Source of the DNA: an uncultured Acidobacteriota bacterium
Lineage (GTDB): Bacteria; Actinomycetota; Acidimicrobiia; Spongiisociales; ZC4RG35
Assembly: GCA_963725075.1 (NCBI GenBank)
Contig: CAVRXA010000003.1
Location: 2,485 to 66,484, forward strand
Direction: 5' to 3'
DNA length: 64,000 nucleotides
The notes below the pieces were generated by a model. The model ran no database searches. It saw only the letters and a program-made list of their open reading frames with translations, and was not told where the DNA came from. Shown in pieces: positions 40,521 to 50,884 of this stretch. Positions within the stretch are counted from its first letter, which is position 1, and each line of letters starts with the position of its first letter. A program made the position numbers and the translations under genes.

Positions 40521-40629
40521 GCCTCGGGCTGGGCAAGCGGTGTAAGATTATGCGATATCTAACGCCCGATCGCACACCTCGGCCAAAGGGCAGAGGGAAC
40601 AACGAAGCGGAGACTCGAGACGGGGATCG

Positions 40630-42678
40630 ATGAGCGCCGGTGAACAGCCATCCGTAGTCAACGAGCTGATCGCTCGTTCCAACCGGCTCGGCGCCGATCG
40701 GCGCAATACCAACTACGGAGGTGGCAACACCTCGGCCAAGGGCCGACTGACCGACCCGGCTTCCGGCGGCGAGGTCGAGGTGATGTGGGTCAAGGGGTCA
40801 GGCGGCGATCTGGGCACGCTCACCGCCGATGGGCTATCCGTGCTCCGACTCGACGGTGTGCGCCGTCTTCGCGATGTCTACCGGGGCGAAGACCATGAGG
40901 ACGAGATGCACCAGCTGCTCGACTTCTGCGTCTTCGGGCCGCCTGGCGCTGCCCCGAGCATCGACACCTCGATGCATGGTCTCCTCGAGGTGCCCCATGT
41001 CGATCACCTTCACCCCGACTCCGTGATCGCACTGGCAGCGTCGTCCGACGGTGAGGAGCTGACCAAGCGTTGCTATGGCGATGAGGTCGGCTGGGTCCCC
41101 TGGAAGCGCCCCGGCTTCGAGCTCGCTCTGGACATCGAAGCGCTACGCCGTCAAAGACCGGACTTGCGGGGCGTCGTCATGGGTGGGCACGGCCTGACCG
41201 CCTGGGGCGACAACTCGGAGGCCTGTGAGTCGACCTCATTGGATCTCATCGCCAGAGCGACCGAGTTCATCGAACGCCACGGACGGGCGGAGCCCCTCGG
41301 GCCGATTCGCCCCGGGTTCGAGGCGTTGGCGCCATCGGAGCGGGAGGCTCAGGCCGCGGCGCTGGCCCCGGTGATCCGCGGGCTGGCCGGAACCGACGGC
41401 CCCGTGGTGGGTCGCTGGTTCGACGACGAGGTCGTGCTCGACTTCATCGGTCGCGAGGCGGCGCCCCGAGTGGTCCCCCTCGGCACATCCTGTCCGGATC
41501 ATTTCATCCGGACCAAGGTGCGGCCCCTGCTCCTCGACCTGCCGGCGGCATCGCCACTCGAAGAGCGAATAGACCGGCTCCGTCAGCTGCACGCCGAGTA
41601 CCGGGAGGAGTACCGGGCGTACTACGAGCGTCATGCCGATACCGAGACCCCACCCATGCGGGGGGCGGACCCGGCCATCTTCCTCATCCCCGGCATCGGC
41701 ATGTTCAGCTTCGGAGCCGATAGCCAGACCGCCCGGGTCGCGGGCGAGTTCTACATCAATGCGATCAACGTCATCACAGGTGCCGAGGCGGTCTCGGCTT
41801 ACCAGCCGGTCCCCGAGGCCGAGAAATTCCGCGTCGAGTACTGGATGCTCGAGGAGATGAAGCTGCGCCGGCGCCCACCTCCCAAGCCACTCACCGGGAG
41901 AGTCGCGCTCGTCACCGGCGCCGGTTCCGGCATCGGCCGCGCCATTGCCGAGACGTTCGCCGACTCGGGTGCAGTAGTCGTCGCAGTGGACATCAATCTC
42001 GATTCGGCACGGGAGACGTCCGAGCAAATCGGGTCGAGCGACACCGTGCTGCCGGTCGAGGCAGATGTGACCAATGAGATTGCCGTCCGAAGGGCGATCG
42101 AGGCTGCAGTGCGCGCTTTCGGCGGCATCGACATCGTCGTCAACAATGCCGGCCTCTCCTTGTCCAAGAGCTTGCTCGACACGACCGAGCATGACTGGGA
42201 CCTGCAACACGATGTGATGGCCAAGGGCTCGTTCCTCGTCTCCAAGCACGCCGCCTCGGCGATGATCGACCAGGGACGGGGAGGAGACATCATCTACATC
42301 GTGAGCAAGAACGCGGTTGTGGCCGGGCCCAACAACCTCGCCTACGGATCGGCGAAGGCGAGCCAGGCCCATCAGGTGCGTCTGTTGGCTGCCGAATTGG
42401 GCCGGCACGGGATCAGAGTCAACGGGATCAACCCGGACGGCGTGGTCCAGGGCTCGGGTATCTTCGCCGCCGGTTGGGGGGCGGACCGGGCCAAGGTCTA
42501 CGGAGTTCCCGAGGAGGAGTTGGGCAAGTTCTATGCCGATCGCACCCTGCTCAAGCAGGAGGTGCTCCCCGAGCACGTTGCCAAGGCCGCTCTGGCCCTG
42601 GTGGGCGGAGCGCTGAGCCAGACCACCGGGCTGATGATCCCGGTGGACAGTGGTGTGGCCTCGGCGTTCCTGAGGTGA
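40630..42678 (+). CDS. rhaEW: Bifunctional rhamnulose-1-phosphate aldolase / lactaldehyde dehydrogenase (RhaEW)
   Basis: TNYGGGNTSAK, VKGSGGDL, HVDHLHPD, CPDHF.RTK, EYW.LE, then an SDR domain TGAGSGIG...YGSAK. Confidence 0.93.
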   Translation: MSAGEQPSVVNELIARSNRLGADRRNTNYGGGNTSAKGRLTDPASGGEVEVMWVKGSGGDLGTLTADGLSVLRLDGVRRLRDVYRGEDHEDEMHQLLDFCVFGPPGAAPSIDTSMHGLLEVPHVDHLHPDSVIALAASSDGEELTKRCYGDEVGWVPWKRPGFELALDIEALRRQRPDLRGVVMGGHGLTAWGDNSEACESTSLDLIARATEFIERHGRAEPLGPIRPGFEALAPSEREAQAAALAPVIRGLAGTDGPVVGRWFDDEVVLDFIGREAAPRVVPLGTSCPDHFIRTKVRPLLLDLPAASPLEERIDRLRQLHAEYREEYRAYYERHADTETPPMRGADPAIFLIPGIGMFSFGADSQTARVAGEFYINAINVITGAEAVSAYQPVPEAEKFRVEYWMLEEMKLRRRPPPKPLTGRVALVTGAGSGIGRAIAETFADSGAVVVAVDINLDSARETSEQIGSSDTVLPVEADVTNEIAVRRAIEAAVRAFGGIDIVVNNAGLSLSKSLLDTTEHDWDLQHDVMAKGSFLVSKHAASAMIDQGRGGDIIYIVSKNAVVAGPNNLAYGSAKASQAHQVRLLAAELGRHGIRVNGINPDGVVQGSGIFAAGWGADRAKVYGVPEEELGKFYADRTLLKQEVLPEHVAKAALALVGGALSQTTGLMIPVDSGVASAFLR

Positions 42679-42694
42679 GCCAAGGAGGCGCGAA

Positions 42695-43981
42695 ATGATC
42701 GACCAGGACCGGATCGGCGGGCTGAACGAGGCTTGGACGGCTCCGCTGCAAGCGGATCTGGAGCACCTGGCCGGCCGGCTCGGCCGTCGCACCGGGGCCA
42801 GCGCGGACGATGTGGTGTCGGCACTCGCCGAGTTCGATGTCGCCGCTCCCTCGTGGGCAGTGGGGACCGGTGGGACCAGATTCGGTCGGTTCCCGATCGG
42901 CGGCGAGCCCCGAAACACCGAGGAGAAGATCGACGATGTCGCCCTTCTCAACAGACTGACGGCCAGCAACGGGACCATCTCGCTGCATGTCCCCTGGGAC
43001 GATCCGGACGACCCCGACGGCTTGCGTGAGTATGCCGGGGAACGGTCGATCGGCTTTGATGCGATGAACTCGAACACGTTCCAGGACAACCCTTCGACGA
43101 CCGACGACGGCAAGCTCACCTACAAATTCGGGAGCCTGGCCAACGCCGACTCCGCCGTGCGGGAGGTCGCCATCGAGCACAACAAGTACGTGATCGACCT
43201 GGGGGTCCGGCTCGGGTCGTCCGCACTCACTGTTTGGCTCGCCGACGGCATCAACCACCCGGGCCAGGCGGACCACACCACGCAGTTCGAGCGGGTGGCG
43301 GACGGCCTCGCCGCCATTCACGACCATCTGCCCGACGGCTGGCAGATGTACACCGAGCACAAGCCCTATGAGCCGGCCTTCTATGCCACGGTCAACTTCG
43401 ACTGGGGATCGTCCCTCCTCCTCGCCCAGGCCGCGGGTCCCAAGGCCTCGTGTCTGGTCGATCTCGGCCACCATCTCCCCAATGCCAACATCGAGCAGAT
43501 CGTGAGCCGGCTGGCCATGGCCGGGCGTCTCGGTGGGTTTCATTTCAACGATTCCAAGTACGGCGACGACGATCTCACCACCGGATCGATCAGGCCATAT
43601 CAGCTCTTCCTCATCTTCTGCGAGCTCATCCGGGCCGGCCAGGGTCGGCTACCGGCGCTGGCTTACATGATCGACCAGAGCCACAACATCAAGGACCCGC
43701 TCGAGGATCTGATCCAATCGACCGAAGCGGTGTCGATTGCATACGCCCAGGCGCTCCTGGTGGAGCGCGATGCCCTCCTCGAGGCTCAATCGTCCAACGA
43801 CGCCGCCCTGGGACAGCACTTGCTCCAGGATGCCTTCCGCATCGATGTCCGCCCTCTGGTGGCGGAGGCCCGTCGATTGAAGGGAGGGGCGATCGAGCCA
43901 CTTGATGCCTACCGTTCGATTGGCTACCGCAAGGCGATGATCGAAGAGCGCGGTCTGGCCTCGGTCGCAACCGGGCTGTGA
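42695..43981 (+). CDS. rhaI: L-rhamnose isomerase (RhaI type)
   Basis: PSW..GTGGTRFGRF, LHVPWD, NSNTFQD, EHKPYEP, DLGHH, FHFNDSKYGDDDL. Confidence 0.9.
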   Translation: MIDQDRIGGLNEAWTAPLQADLEHLAGRLGRRTGASADDVVSALAEFDVAAPSWAVGTGGTRFGRFPIGGEPRNTEEKIDDVALLNRLTASNGTISLHVPWDDPDDPDGLREYAGERSIGFDAMNSNTFQDNPSTTDDGKLTYKFGSLANADSAVREVAIEHNKYVIDLGVRLGSSALTVWLADGINHPGQADHTTQFERVADGLAAIHDHLPDGWQMYTEHKPYEPAFYATVNFDWGSSLLLAQAAGPKASCLVDLGHHLPNANIEQIVSRLAMAGRLGGFHFNDSKYGDDDLTTGSIRPYQLFLIFCELIRAGQGRLPALAYMIDQSHNIKDPLEDLIQSTEAVSIAYAQALLVERDALLEAQSSNDAALGQHLLQDAFRIDVRPLVAEARRLKGGAIEPLDAYRSIGYRKAMIEERGLASVATGL

Positions 43982-45393
43982 GCGGCCCGCCCCGGGTCCT
44001 GGCGGTGGATCTGGGAGCGACATCGGTCCGTGTCGCCGGCGTCGACCTGTCGGCGGACGAGCCGGCGGTCGAGGTCCTCCATAGGTGGGAACACTCTCCG
44101 ATCAGGGCGGACGACGGCTCCTTGCGTTGGGACTGGCCCCGGATCGTCTCGGAGGTCGAGGTTGGGCTCGAGCGCGGCCTCGCCACCGGGGAAGTTGCAT
44201 CGATTGGTGTGGACGGCTGGGGCATCGACTACGGGCTGATCGACGGGACCGGGCGACTGGTCGCCCTCCCGTTCTCCTATCGGGACTCGAGGACGGACGG
44301 GTGGCAATCGACCGCCGAGCGAATCGGGCTGGAACGTCTCTATGAGCGCACCGGCGTCCAGATGATGGCGATCAACACCGTTTTCCAGCTGGCCGCGCAT
44401 GACACCGGAGAGCTGGGACGGGCCTCACGGATCCTCCTCCTTCCCGACCTCCTCGTCCACCATCTCACTGGCCTGGAAGCGGCGGAGCGATCCAACGTCT
44501 CGACCACTGCACTCATGGACATACGAACCGGAGAATGGGCCGCCGACCTCCTCGATGAGCTTTCGTTGGATCCGTCTCTCTTTCCTCCGGTAGTCGGTGC
44601 CGGGACCGCGGCCGGCACGTGGCAGGGGGTCCCGGTGAATCTGGTGGGCAGCCACGACACGGCCTCCGCATTCCTGGGGATGCCCGGCGGGTCCAGCGCC
44701 GGAACCGTCTTCGTATCTGCCGGGACCTGGGTCCTGGTGGGAGTGGAGCGCCCGGTCCCGGATACGTCTGATCGGGCACGCAAGGCGAATTTCTCCAATG
44801 AGGCCGGGGCGTTCGGTGGGGTCCGATTCCTCAAGAACGTCGTCGGCCTTTGGATCCTCGAGCAATGCCGTCAGGCCTGGGGCGGGCCTCCGATCGAGAT
44901 GCTTCTCGAAGAGGCGGCGTCCCTCGAAGAGACGGTCCCGACGTTTGACGCCGGAGACCATCGGTTCGTCAGTCCGGCTGACATGCTGCGAGAGGTCCAG
45001 GAAGCAGCCGACCTGCCTCCTGGCACCCCCCGCAGTGTCATCGCGAGAAGTGTCATCGAGTCGATCGTCACCGGCATCGGCGCCGTCGTCGACGAGTTGA
45101 CGGAGCTCACAGGTGAGGGCCCGGCACGGATAGCAGTTGTCGGCGGCGGGGCACGGGTGCCTCTGCTCCACGAGCTCTTGAGCCGCCGAACCGGGATCCC
45201 GGTGGTCAGGGGCTCTCAAGAGGCCACCGCCCTGGGCAATGCCATCGTCCAGGGTCTGGCCATTGGCGTCTTCGGAAGTCTCGACGAGGCTCGCGAATGG
45301 GTGGGTGCGGGTGATGTCACAGATGGGGTGGGTGCGGGCAACGTCACCGGCGGCTTGAATGCGATTCGGCATCGCGAAGGGGAGGCGGAGTGA
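43978..45393 (+). CDS. rhaB: Rhamnulokinase
   Basis: AVDLGATS, GVDGWGIDY, YRDSRT, HDTASA, GTW, FSNE, LKNV.GLW. Confidence 0.93.
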   Translation: MSGPPRVLAVDLGATSVRVAGVDLSADEPAVEVLHRWEHSPIRADDGSLRWDWPRIVSEVEVGLERGLATGEVASIGVDGWGIDYGLIDGTGRLVALPFSYRDSRTDGWQSTAERIGLERLYERTGVQMMAINTVFQLAAHDTGELGRASRILLLPDLLVHHLTGLEAAERSNVSTTALMDIRTGEWAADLLDELSLDPSLFPPVVGAGTAAGTWQGVPVNLVGSHDTASAFLGMPGGSSAGTVFVSAGTWVLVGVERPVPDTSDRARKANFSNEAGAFGGVRFLKNVVGLWILEQCRQAWGGPPIEMLLEEAASLEETVPTFDAGDHRFVSPADMLREVQEAADLPPGTPRSVIARSVIESIVTGIGAVVDELTELTGEGPARIAVVGGGARVPLLHELLSRRTGIPVVRGSQEATALGNAIVQGLAIGVFGSLDEAREWVGAGDVTDGVGAGNVTGGLNAIRHREGEAE

Positions 45394-46148
45394 GCCGGCG
45401 CACTTTCAACAGCCCGGAGGAGCGTCTGGGCGAGGTCAAGGACCTGATATCCGAGCGCGGGGCGGTCCGTATCGACCAGCTGGCCGCCGACTTCGGGGTG
45501 AGCGAGATGACCATCCGCCGCGACCTCGATGAGTTGGAGGCCCTGGGCATCGCTCGCCGGGTGAGAGGTGGAGCCATCGCCCTCGGCCCCGAGCCATTCG
45601 CACAGCGGCATCGGCACAACGCGCGGGCCAAGGGCAGGATCGCCGAGAAGCTCATCGATCTGATCCCGGCCGTTGGGACAGTCGCCTTCGATGCCTCGAC
45701 CACGGTTCATCGTCTTGCTGCCTCGCTCGAGATGGCCCGGGATCTGGTCATCGTGACCAACGGCCTCGACACCTTCCACGCCGCTGTGGGGAAGCCGGGC
45801 ATCACCGCCTCACTCACCGGCGGCACGCAGGAGCCTCGCACCGGGAGCCTCGTCGGCCCGATCGCGGCGCGGGCGGCTCAGGGATTCCTCTATGACGTAT
45901 TCGTCTGCTCGGCCGCCGCCCTGGATCATGAGGTCGGCTCTTCGGAGGCCAGCCTGGCCGAATCTGAGGTGAAGCGTGCGTTTGCCGCCACCAGCAGCCG
46001 AATCATTCTCTCTGTGGACCACAGCAAGCTGGAGACGAGGGCCCAGGCGAGGATGTTCGATCTGATCGACATAGACCTCCTCGTTACCGATCTCGATCCA
46101 GATGACGACCGGCTCACGTCGTATCGACGCCTGGTGAGCCTCGCCTAG
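45390..46148 (+). CDS. DeoR/GlpR family regulator (RhaR-like)
   Basis: VSEMTIRRDL..LE...RRVRGGA, FDASTT, VTN, DHSK. Confidence 0.92.
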   Translation: MSRRTFNSPEERLGEVKDLISERGAVRIDQLAADFGVSEMTIRRDLDELEALGIARRVRGGAIALGPEPFAQRHRHNARAKGRIAEKLIDLIPAVGTVAFDASTTVHRLAASLEMARDLVIVTNGLDTFHAAVGKPGITASLTGGTQEPRTGSLVGPIAARAAQGFLYDVFVCSAAALDHEVGSSEASLAESEVKRAFAATSSRIILSVDHSKLETRAQARMFDLIDIDLLVTDLDPDDDRLTSYRRLVSLA

Positions 46149-46159
46149 GAGGGTGGGTC

Positions 46160-46480
46160 GTGCGGAGAATCGGATTCGTCCTGAAAGTGAGACCAGAGCT
46201 GATCCCGGAGTACAGACGAAGGCACGAGGAGGTTTGGCCGGAGATGCTCGACGCATTGAGCCGCACTGGATGGCACCACTACACCCTCTTCATACGGTCG
46301 GATGGAACCCTCTTTGGCTATTTCGAGACCCCCGATTCTTTCGCGGCCGCTCTCGACGGCATGTCAGGCGAGGAGGTCAATGAGCGCTGGCAGGCCGAGA
46401 TGGCACCATTCTTCGAGGGGACGGGTGGGGCGGCGGACACGATGATGGAAGAGCTCGTCGAGGTGTTTCACCTGGACTGA
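46160..46480 (+). CDS. rhaM: L-rhamnose mutarotase
   Basis: EYRRRHEEVWPEM, YTLF, LFGYFE, WQAEM, EVFHLD. Confidence 0.92.
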   Translation: MRRIGFVLKVRPELIPEYRRRHEEVWPEMLDALSRTGWHHYTLFIRSDGTLFGYFETPDSFAAALDGMSGEEVNERWQAEMAPFFEGTGGAADTMMEELVEVFHLD

Positions 46481-46509
46481 GAAGCCGGGGAGGCGTCTAG
46501 CGTCGCCCG

Positions 46510-48541
46510 ATGAGCCACGACCACCACGGGCATGGTGGAGGTCACCAGGGGCCTACCGACCACCCGGCGGGGCATGACAAACACGCCGGGCACAGCGTGG
46601 CCATGTTCCGGGACCGTTTCTGGCTGTCCCTGGCGATGACCATCCCCATCGTCCTCTACAGCCCGATGATCCAGGAGTGGTTCGGGTACACGGCTCCGGG
46701 ATTTCCCGGGTCGGAGTGGGTAGCCCCTGTGCTCGGCACCGTCATCTTCATCTACGGCGGGTCGCCCTTCCTGCGCGGCGCGGTCCAGGAAGTCCGGGAT
46801 CGGCAGCCGGGGATGATGCTGCTCATCGGCATGGCGATAACGGTCGCCTATCTGGCGTCGTTGGCGACCACGTTCGGCTGGTTCGATCTCGACTTCTGGT
46901 GGGAGCTGGCTGCCCTGATCACCATCATGCTCCTCGGCCACTGGATGGAGATGAGAGCGATCGGTCAGGCCCGGGGTGCCCTCGCCGCCCTGGCAGAGCT
47001 CCTCCCCGACGAGGCGGAGCGGATCGTCGGAAGTGAGCCCGAAACCGTCCCGATCTCCTCGCTCGCCGTCGGTGACCTCGTTCTGGTCCGCCCGGGTGCC
47101 AGGGTCCCGGCCGACGGGGTCATCACCACGGGCGACGCGGAGATGGATGAGTCGATGGTGACCGGTGAGTCGAAGCCAGTGCCCAAGGGTTCCGGCGACA
47201 ACGTGGTCGCCGGAACCGTCGCCACCGACTCGGCGATCCGCATCGAGGTGAAGGCGGTGGGGGAGGACACTGCCCTCGCCGGGATCCAAAGGCTCGTGGC
47301 CGAGGCACAACAGTCCCGCTCCCGGGCCCAGGTCCTGGCCGACCGGGCAGCGGCTGTCCTCTTCTACGTGGCGGTTGGGGCTGCTGCGATCACCGCCACC
47401 GTCTGGTGGGCGCTCGGGCAACCCGAGGACGCGGTCACCCGAACGGTCTCGGTCCTCGTGATCGCCTGCCCCCACGCCCTCGGGCTCGCCATCCCGCTGG
47501 TCATCTCCATCTCCACCGGGTTGGCCGCTCGCAACGGGATCCTGGTCAAGGATCGTCTGAGCCCTCGAGCGCATGCGCACGGTCGACGTCGTGCTCTTCG
47601 ACAAGACGGGCACCCTGACCCGGGGCAGCCATGTTGTGGGCGACGTGGCCGCCATCGACGGCGACACCGGGAAGGTGCTCGCCTGGGCAGCAGCTGTGGA
47701 GGCGGACTCGGAACATCCGCTGGCCAGGGCAATTGTCAATGCTGCCGCCGCACGCGGTGGCCCGGTTCCGCCGGCCACCGGGTTCCGTGCCATGAGCGGG
47801 CGCGGAGTGGAGGCGACGGTCGAAGGGGCTTCGGTGACGGTGGGCGGACCTTCTCTGCTTCGGGAAAGAGGCCGAGAGCTATCGCCCGAACTGGCGCCGA
47901 CGATCATTGGGTGGGAGGAAAAGGGCGCCGCCGTGCTCTATGTCATCAGGGAAGGAAGAGTGATAGGGGCGATCTCGTTGGAGGACGAGATTCGACCCGA
48001 GTCACGCCAGGCGGTCGATCAACTCCACCAGCTAGGTGTCCGTGTGGCGATGATCACCGGCGACTCCCGCCAGGTCGCCGAGTCGGTGGCGGCCGAGCTG
48101 GGCATCGATGAGGTGATGGCCGAGGTCCTGCCCGAGGACAAGCATTCCAGGGTGGCCGAGCTTCAGGAGCGTGGATTGACGGTGGCAATGGTCGGAGACG
48201 GGGTCAACGACGCCCCGGCCCTGGCCCAGGCAGATGTTGGCATTGCCATCGGAGCGGGCACCGATGTCGCCATCGAGTCGGCCGGGATCGTCCTCGCCTC
48301 GGACGATCCGAGGGCTGTCGTGGCCAGCAGGCGCCTATCTTCGGCCGGCTATCGGAAGATGCTGCAGAACCTCGTCTGGGCCACCGGGTACAACGTGGTG
48401 GCCATACCACTGGCCGCAGGCGTCCTGGCCTGGGCCGGAGTGGTCCTGGCACCGGCTGCGTCAGCCATCTTGATGAGTGTCTCCACCATCGTGGTCGCCA
48501 TCAACGCCCAATTCCTCCGGGGCCTGGACCTACACGGTTGA
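46510..48541 (+). CDS. copB: Copper-exporting P1B-type ATPase, CopB/P1B-3 (frameshift ~47560)
   Basis: His-rich N-terminus, TGES, IACPHALG (CPH), DKTGT, SEHP, GDGVND, YN and MSxS. Confidence 0.92.
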
Positions 48542-49304
48542 CAAACTGGATGATGGCGTCGGTCACCTGTTCGGGGTGGGTGATATGAGGGGAATGACCA
48601 CCATCGGGGAGCACCAGCCTCTCGACTGGCCCGCTGACCCCTCGCTCGATCGCATCCAATTGAGCCAGGGTCCCGTATTCGTCATCGAGAGACTGGATGA
48701 GCAAGACGGGACAATCGATGCTGGGCAAGGAGTCTTCGATGTTCCAGTCCCGGAAACCGGGGTCGAGCCAGATCTCGCTCCACCCCCTGAATGTTGCCTC
48801 CGGGTCCCGGTGGTATTTGGCCATTCGCTGGGGGAGATCGGTGGTCTCGAACCGTCTCACCATCTCTTCGATCCCGGCGATGGTCTCCGGCTCGACGAAG
48901 ACATGTGGGGCGATGAGGACCAGACCCGAAGCCCAGTGGTGTTCCCCGCTGAAGATCAACGAGATCGAGGCACCGTCGGAGTGACCGACGAGCACCAGGT
49001 CGGAGACCTCGTATTCGCGGAGGTACTGGTAGAGGACGGCGAGCGCCTCGTGATGCATGAACTCCGGCGTCCGGGGCCTTCTGATCGGTTCCGACCAACC
49101 ATGCCCGGGCCGGCTGTACACCACTCCTGGTCTCCCGGTGGCCACGGCTACGTCCCGGGGCACGTCCTTCCAGGTGCGCATGCTCCCCAACCCGTCGTGA
49201 AGAAAGACCAGCGGGTTTCTGCCATAGGGCGGGTAGATCCGGTATTCGATCGATTCCCAGGACAAGGAGAACGTGCCTTCGAAGGGGCCGCTGTCGTCGG
49301 TCAT
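48501..49304 (-). CDS. Alpha/beta hydrolase
   Basis: FLHDGLGS, VGHSDGAS nucleophile, DEYG, GHSPH; 3' part of the 765-aa shadow ORF; ATG at 49304. Confidence 0.85.
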   Translation of the reverse strand: MTDDSGPFEGTFSLSWESIEYRIYPPYGRNPLVFLHDGLGSMRTWKDVPRDVAVATGRPGVVYSRPGHGWSEPIRRPRTPEFMHHEALAVLYQYLREYEVSDLVLVGHSDGASISLIFSGEHHWASGLVLIAPHVFVEPETIAGIEEMVRRFETTDLPQRMAKYHRDPEATFRGWSEIWLDPGFRDWNIEDSLPSIDCPVLLIQSLDDEYGTLAQLDAIERGVSGPVERLVLPDGGHSPHITHPEQVTDAIIQFVNRVGPGPGGIGR

Positions 49305-49343
49305 GACCGATAGTCTCGCCCGGTCGGGAGTGGCAAGGGAAAG

Positions 49344-50879
49344 ATGCAGACCAACGCCAACATCAGCACCCTGGTCGACGGGTGGCTCCAAGAGGGTCGG
49401 GAGGACGACACCATCCTGATCACTGCCGATGACGTCGCCTGGTCGGCCGGGCGTCTCCACCGGGCGGTATCTGCGATTGCCGCGCGTTTGCGCGACATGG
49501 GGATCGGCAGGGAGGACCGGGTGTTGCTCGTCCTCGACGACACCCCCGCCTTTCCGGCCGCGTTTCTCGGCGCGATGCGGATCGGGGCGGTGCCGGTTCC
49601 GGTCAACTTCCTGGCCCGGCCCGACGACTTCGGGTATTTCCTCGACGACTCCTATGCCTCCACCGCCATCATCGACAGCGGGTTTCTCGAAGTGGTCGGG
49701 CCCCAGGTGGCGGCACGACCATCGGTCCGTCTGGTCGTGGCCAACGGCGATGCGGTGGAGGGCGCCGGGTCCTTCGACGCCTGGCTCGAGGAGACGACGG
49801 TTGAAGTCGATCCGGTGCCCACTCATCCCGACGACATGGCCTTTTGGCTGTACAGCTCGGGGTCGACGGGGAGGCCAAAAGGCGTGGTCCACCGGCACGC
49901 CGATGTGGGGGCGACCTGCACCAACTACGCCGGGCCGGTGCTCGGGATCGGGCAGGGCGACGTGGTTTTCTCGAGTACCAAGATGTTCCACGCCTACGGA
50001 TTGGGAAACAACCTCACCTTCCCGATGTGGACGGGAGCCACCTCCGTCTACCTGACGGGTCGCCCCACGCCGGATCGCCTTCTGGAGCGGGTTCGCACTC
50101 ATCGACCTTCGCTCTACTTCTCGGTGCCGGCCCTCTACAACGCCATCCTCGCCCACCCCGAATTCGACGAGACCGATTGGTCGTCGGTCCGTCTCGGGAT
50201 CTCGGCAGCCGAGCCGCTGCCCCCCGAGATATGGCGCCGCTTCCACGATCGCACCGGGATCGAGATCCTCGATGGCGTGGGCTCGACCGAGATGCTCCAC
50301 ATCTATTGCTCGAACAGGGCCGGCGCGGTGAGGCCGGGCACGTCGGGCACACCGGTCGACGGGTATGAGATGGAGGTTCGTGACCCGGAGGGCGCTCTGT
50401 GCCCGGTGGGGGAGGCGGGCGAGATGTGGGTCCGGGGGCCGAGCGCCCTGACCACCTACTGGCACCAGTACCAGCGAAGCCGGGACAAGATCCGCGGTGA
50501 CTGGTTCCTCACCGGTGACCGGTATCGGCAGGACGAGGACGGCTACTTCTGGTACGAGGGACGGGTCGACGACATGATGAAGGTCGGCGGGCTGTGGGTG
50601 AGCCCGATCGAGATCGAGAACCGGCTGATGGAGCACCCTTCGGTACGGGAGGCGGCCGTGGTGGCGGTGGACATCGAGCACATGTCCCGGATCAAGGCCG
50701 TGGTGATCCTCACCGAGGGTGTCGCCGCCGGTGGTGACCTCGACGCCGAGCTGCAGACATGGTGCAAGGCCGAATTGCAGCGCTACCAGTTCCCCCACGT
50801 CATCGAGTACGTCGAAGACTTCCCGCGGACGGCGACGGGGAAGATCCAGCGCTTCAAGCTGCGCGAGACAGCCGTCTGA
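49344..50879 (+). CDS. Benzoate-CoA ligase family protein
   Basis: FWLYSSGSTGRPKG, KMFHAYGLGN, DGVGSTE.LHI, TGD, GR.DDM.KVGG.WVSP, PRTATGKIQR. Confidence 0.9.
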   Translation: MQTNANISTLVDGWLQEGREDDTILITADDVAWSAGRLHRAVSAIAARLRDMGIGREDRVLLVLDDTPAFPAAFLGAMRIGAVPVPVNFLARPDDFGYFLDDSYASTAIIDSGFLEVVGPQVAARPSVRLVVANGDAVEGAGSFDAWLEETTVEVDPVPTHPDDMAFWLYSSGSTGRPKGVVHRHADVGATCTNYAGPVLGIGQGDVVFSSTKMFHAYGLGNNLTFPMWTGATSVYLTGRPTPDRLLERVRTHRPSLYFSVPALYNAILAHPEFDETDWSSVRLGISAAEPLPPEIWRRFHDRTGIEILDGVGSTEMLHIYCSNRAGAVRPGTSGTPVDGYEMEVRDPEGALCPVGEAGEMWVRGPSALTTYWHQYQRSRDKIRGDWFLTGDRYRQDEDGYFWYEGRVDDMMKVGGLWVSPIEIENRLMEHPSVREAAVVAVDIEHMSRIKAVVILTEGVAAGGDLDAELQTWCKAELQRYQFPHVIEYVEDFPRTATGKIQRFKLRETAV

Positions 50880-50884
50880 CTCGG

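Noticed and set aside
45301-45354. 27-bp imperfect tandem duplication at the rhaB 3' end (VGAGDVTDG/VGAGNVTGG)
   Set aside because: Only two copies in a non-conserved tail; likely neutral slippage.
9013-50798. Long antisense or alternate-frame ORFs (e.g. 9013-10056, 13713-15122, 15876-17399, 21694-23160, 34208-35575, 41236-43119, 5' part of 48501-50798)
   Set aside because: Shadow ORFs expected opposite real genes in high-GC DNA; no recognisable motifs.
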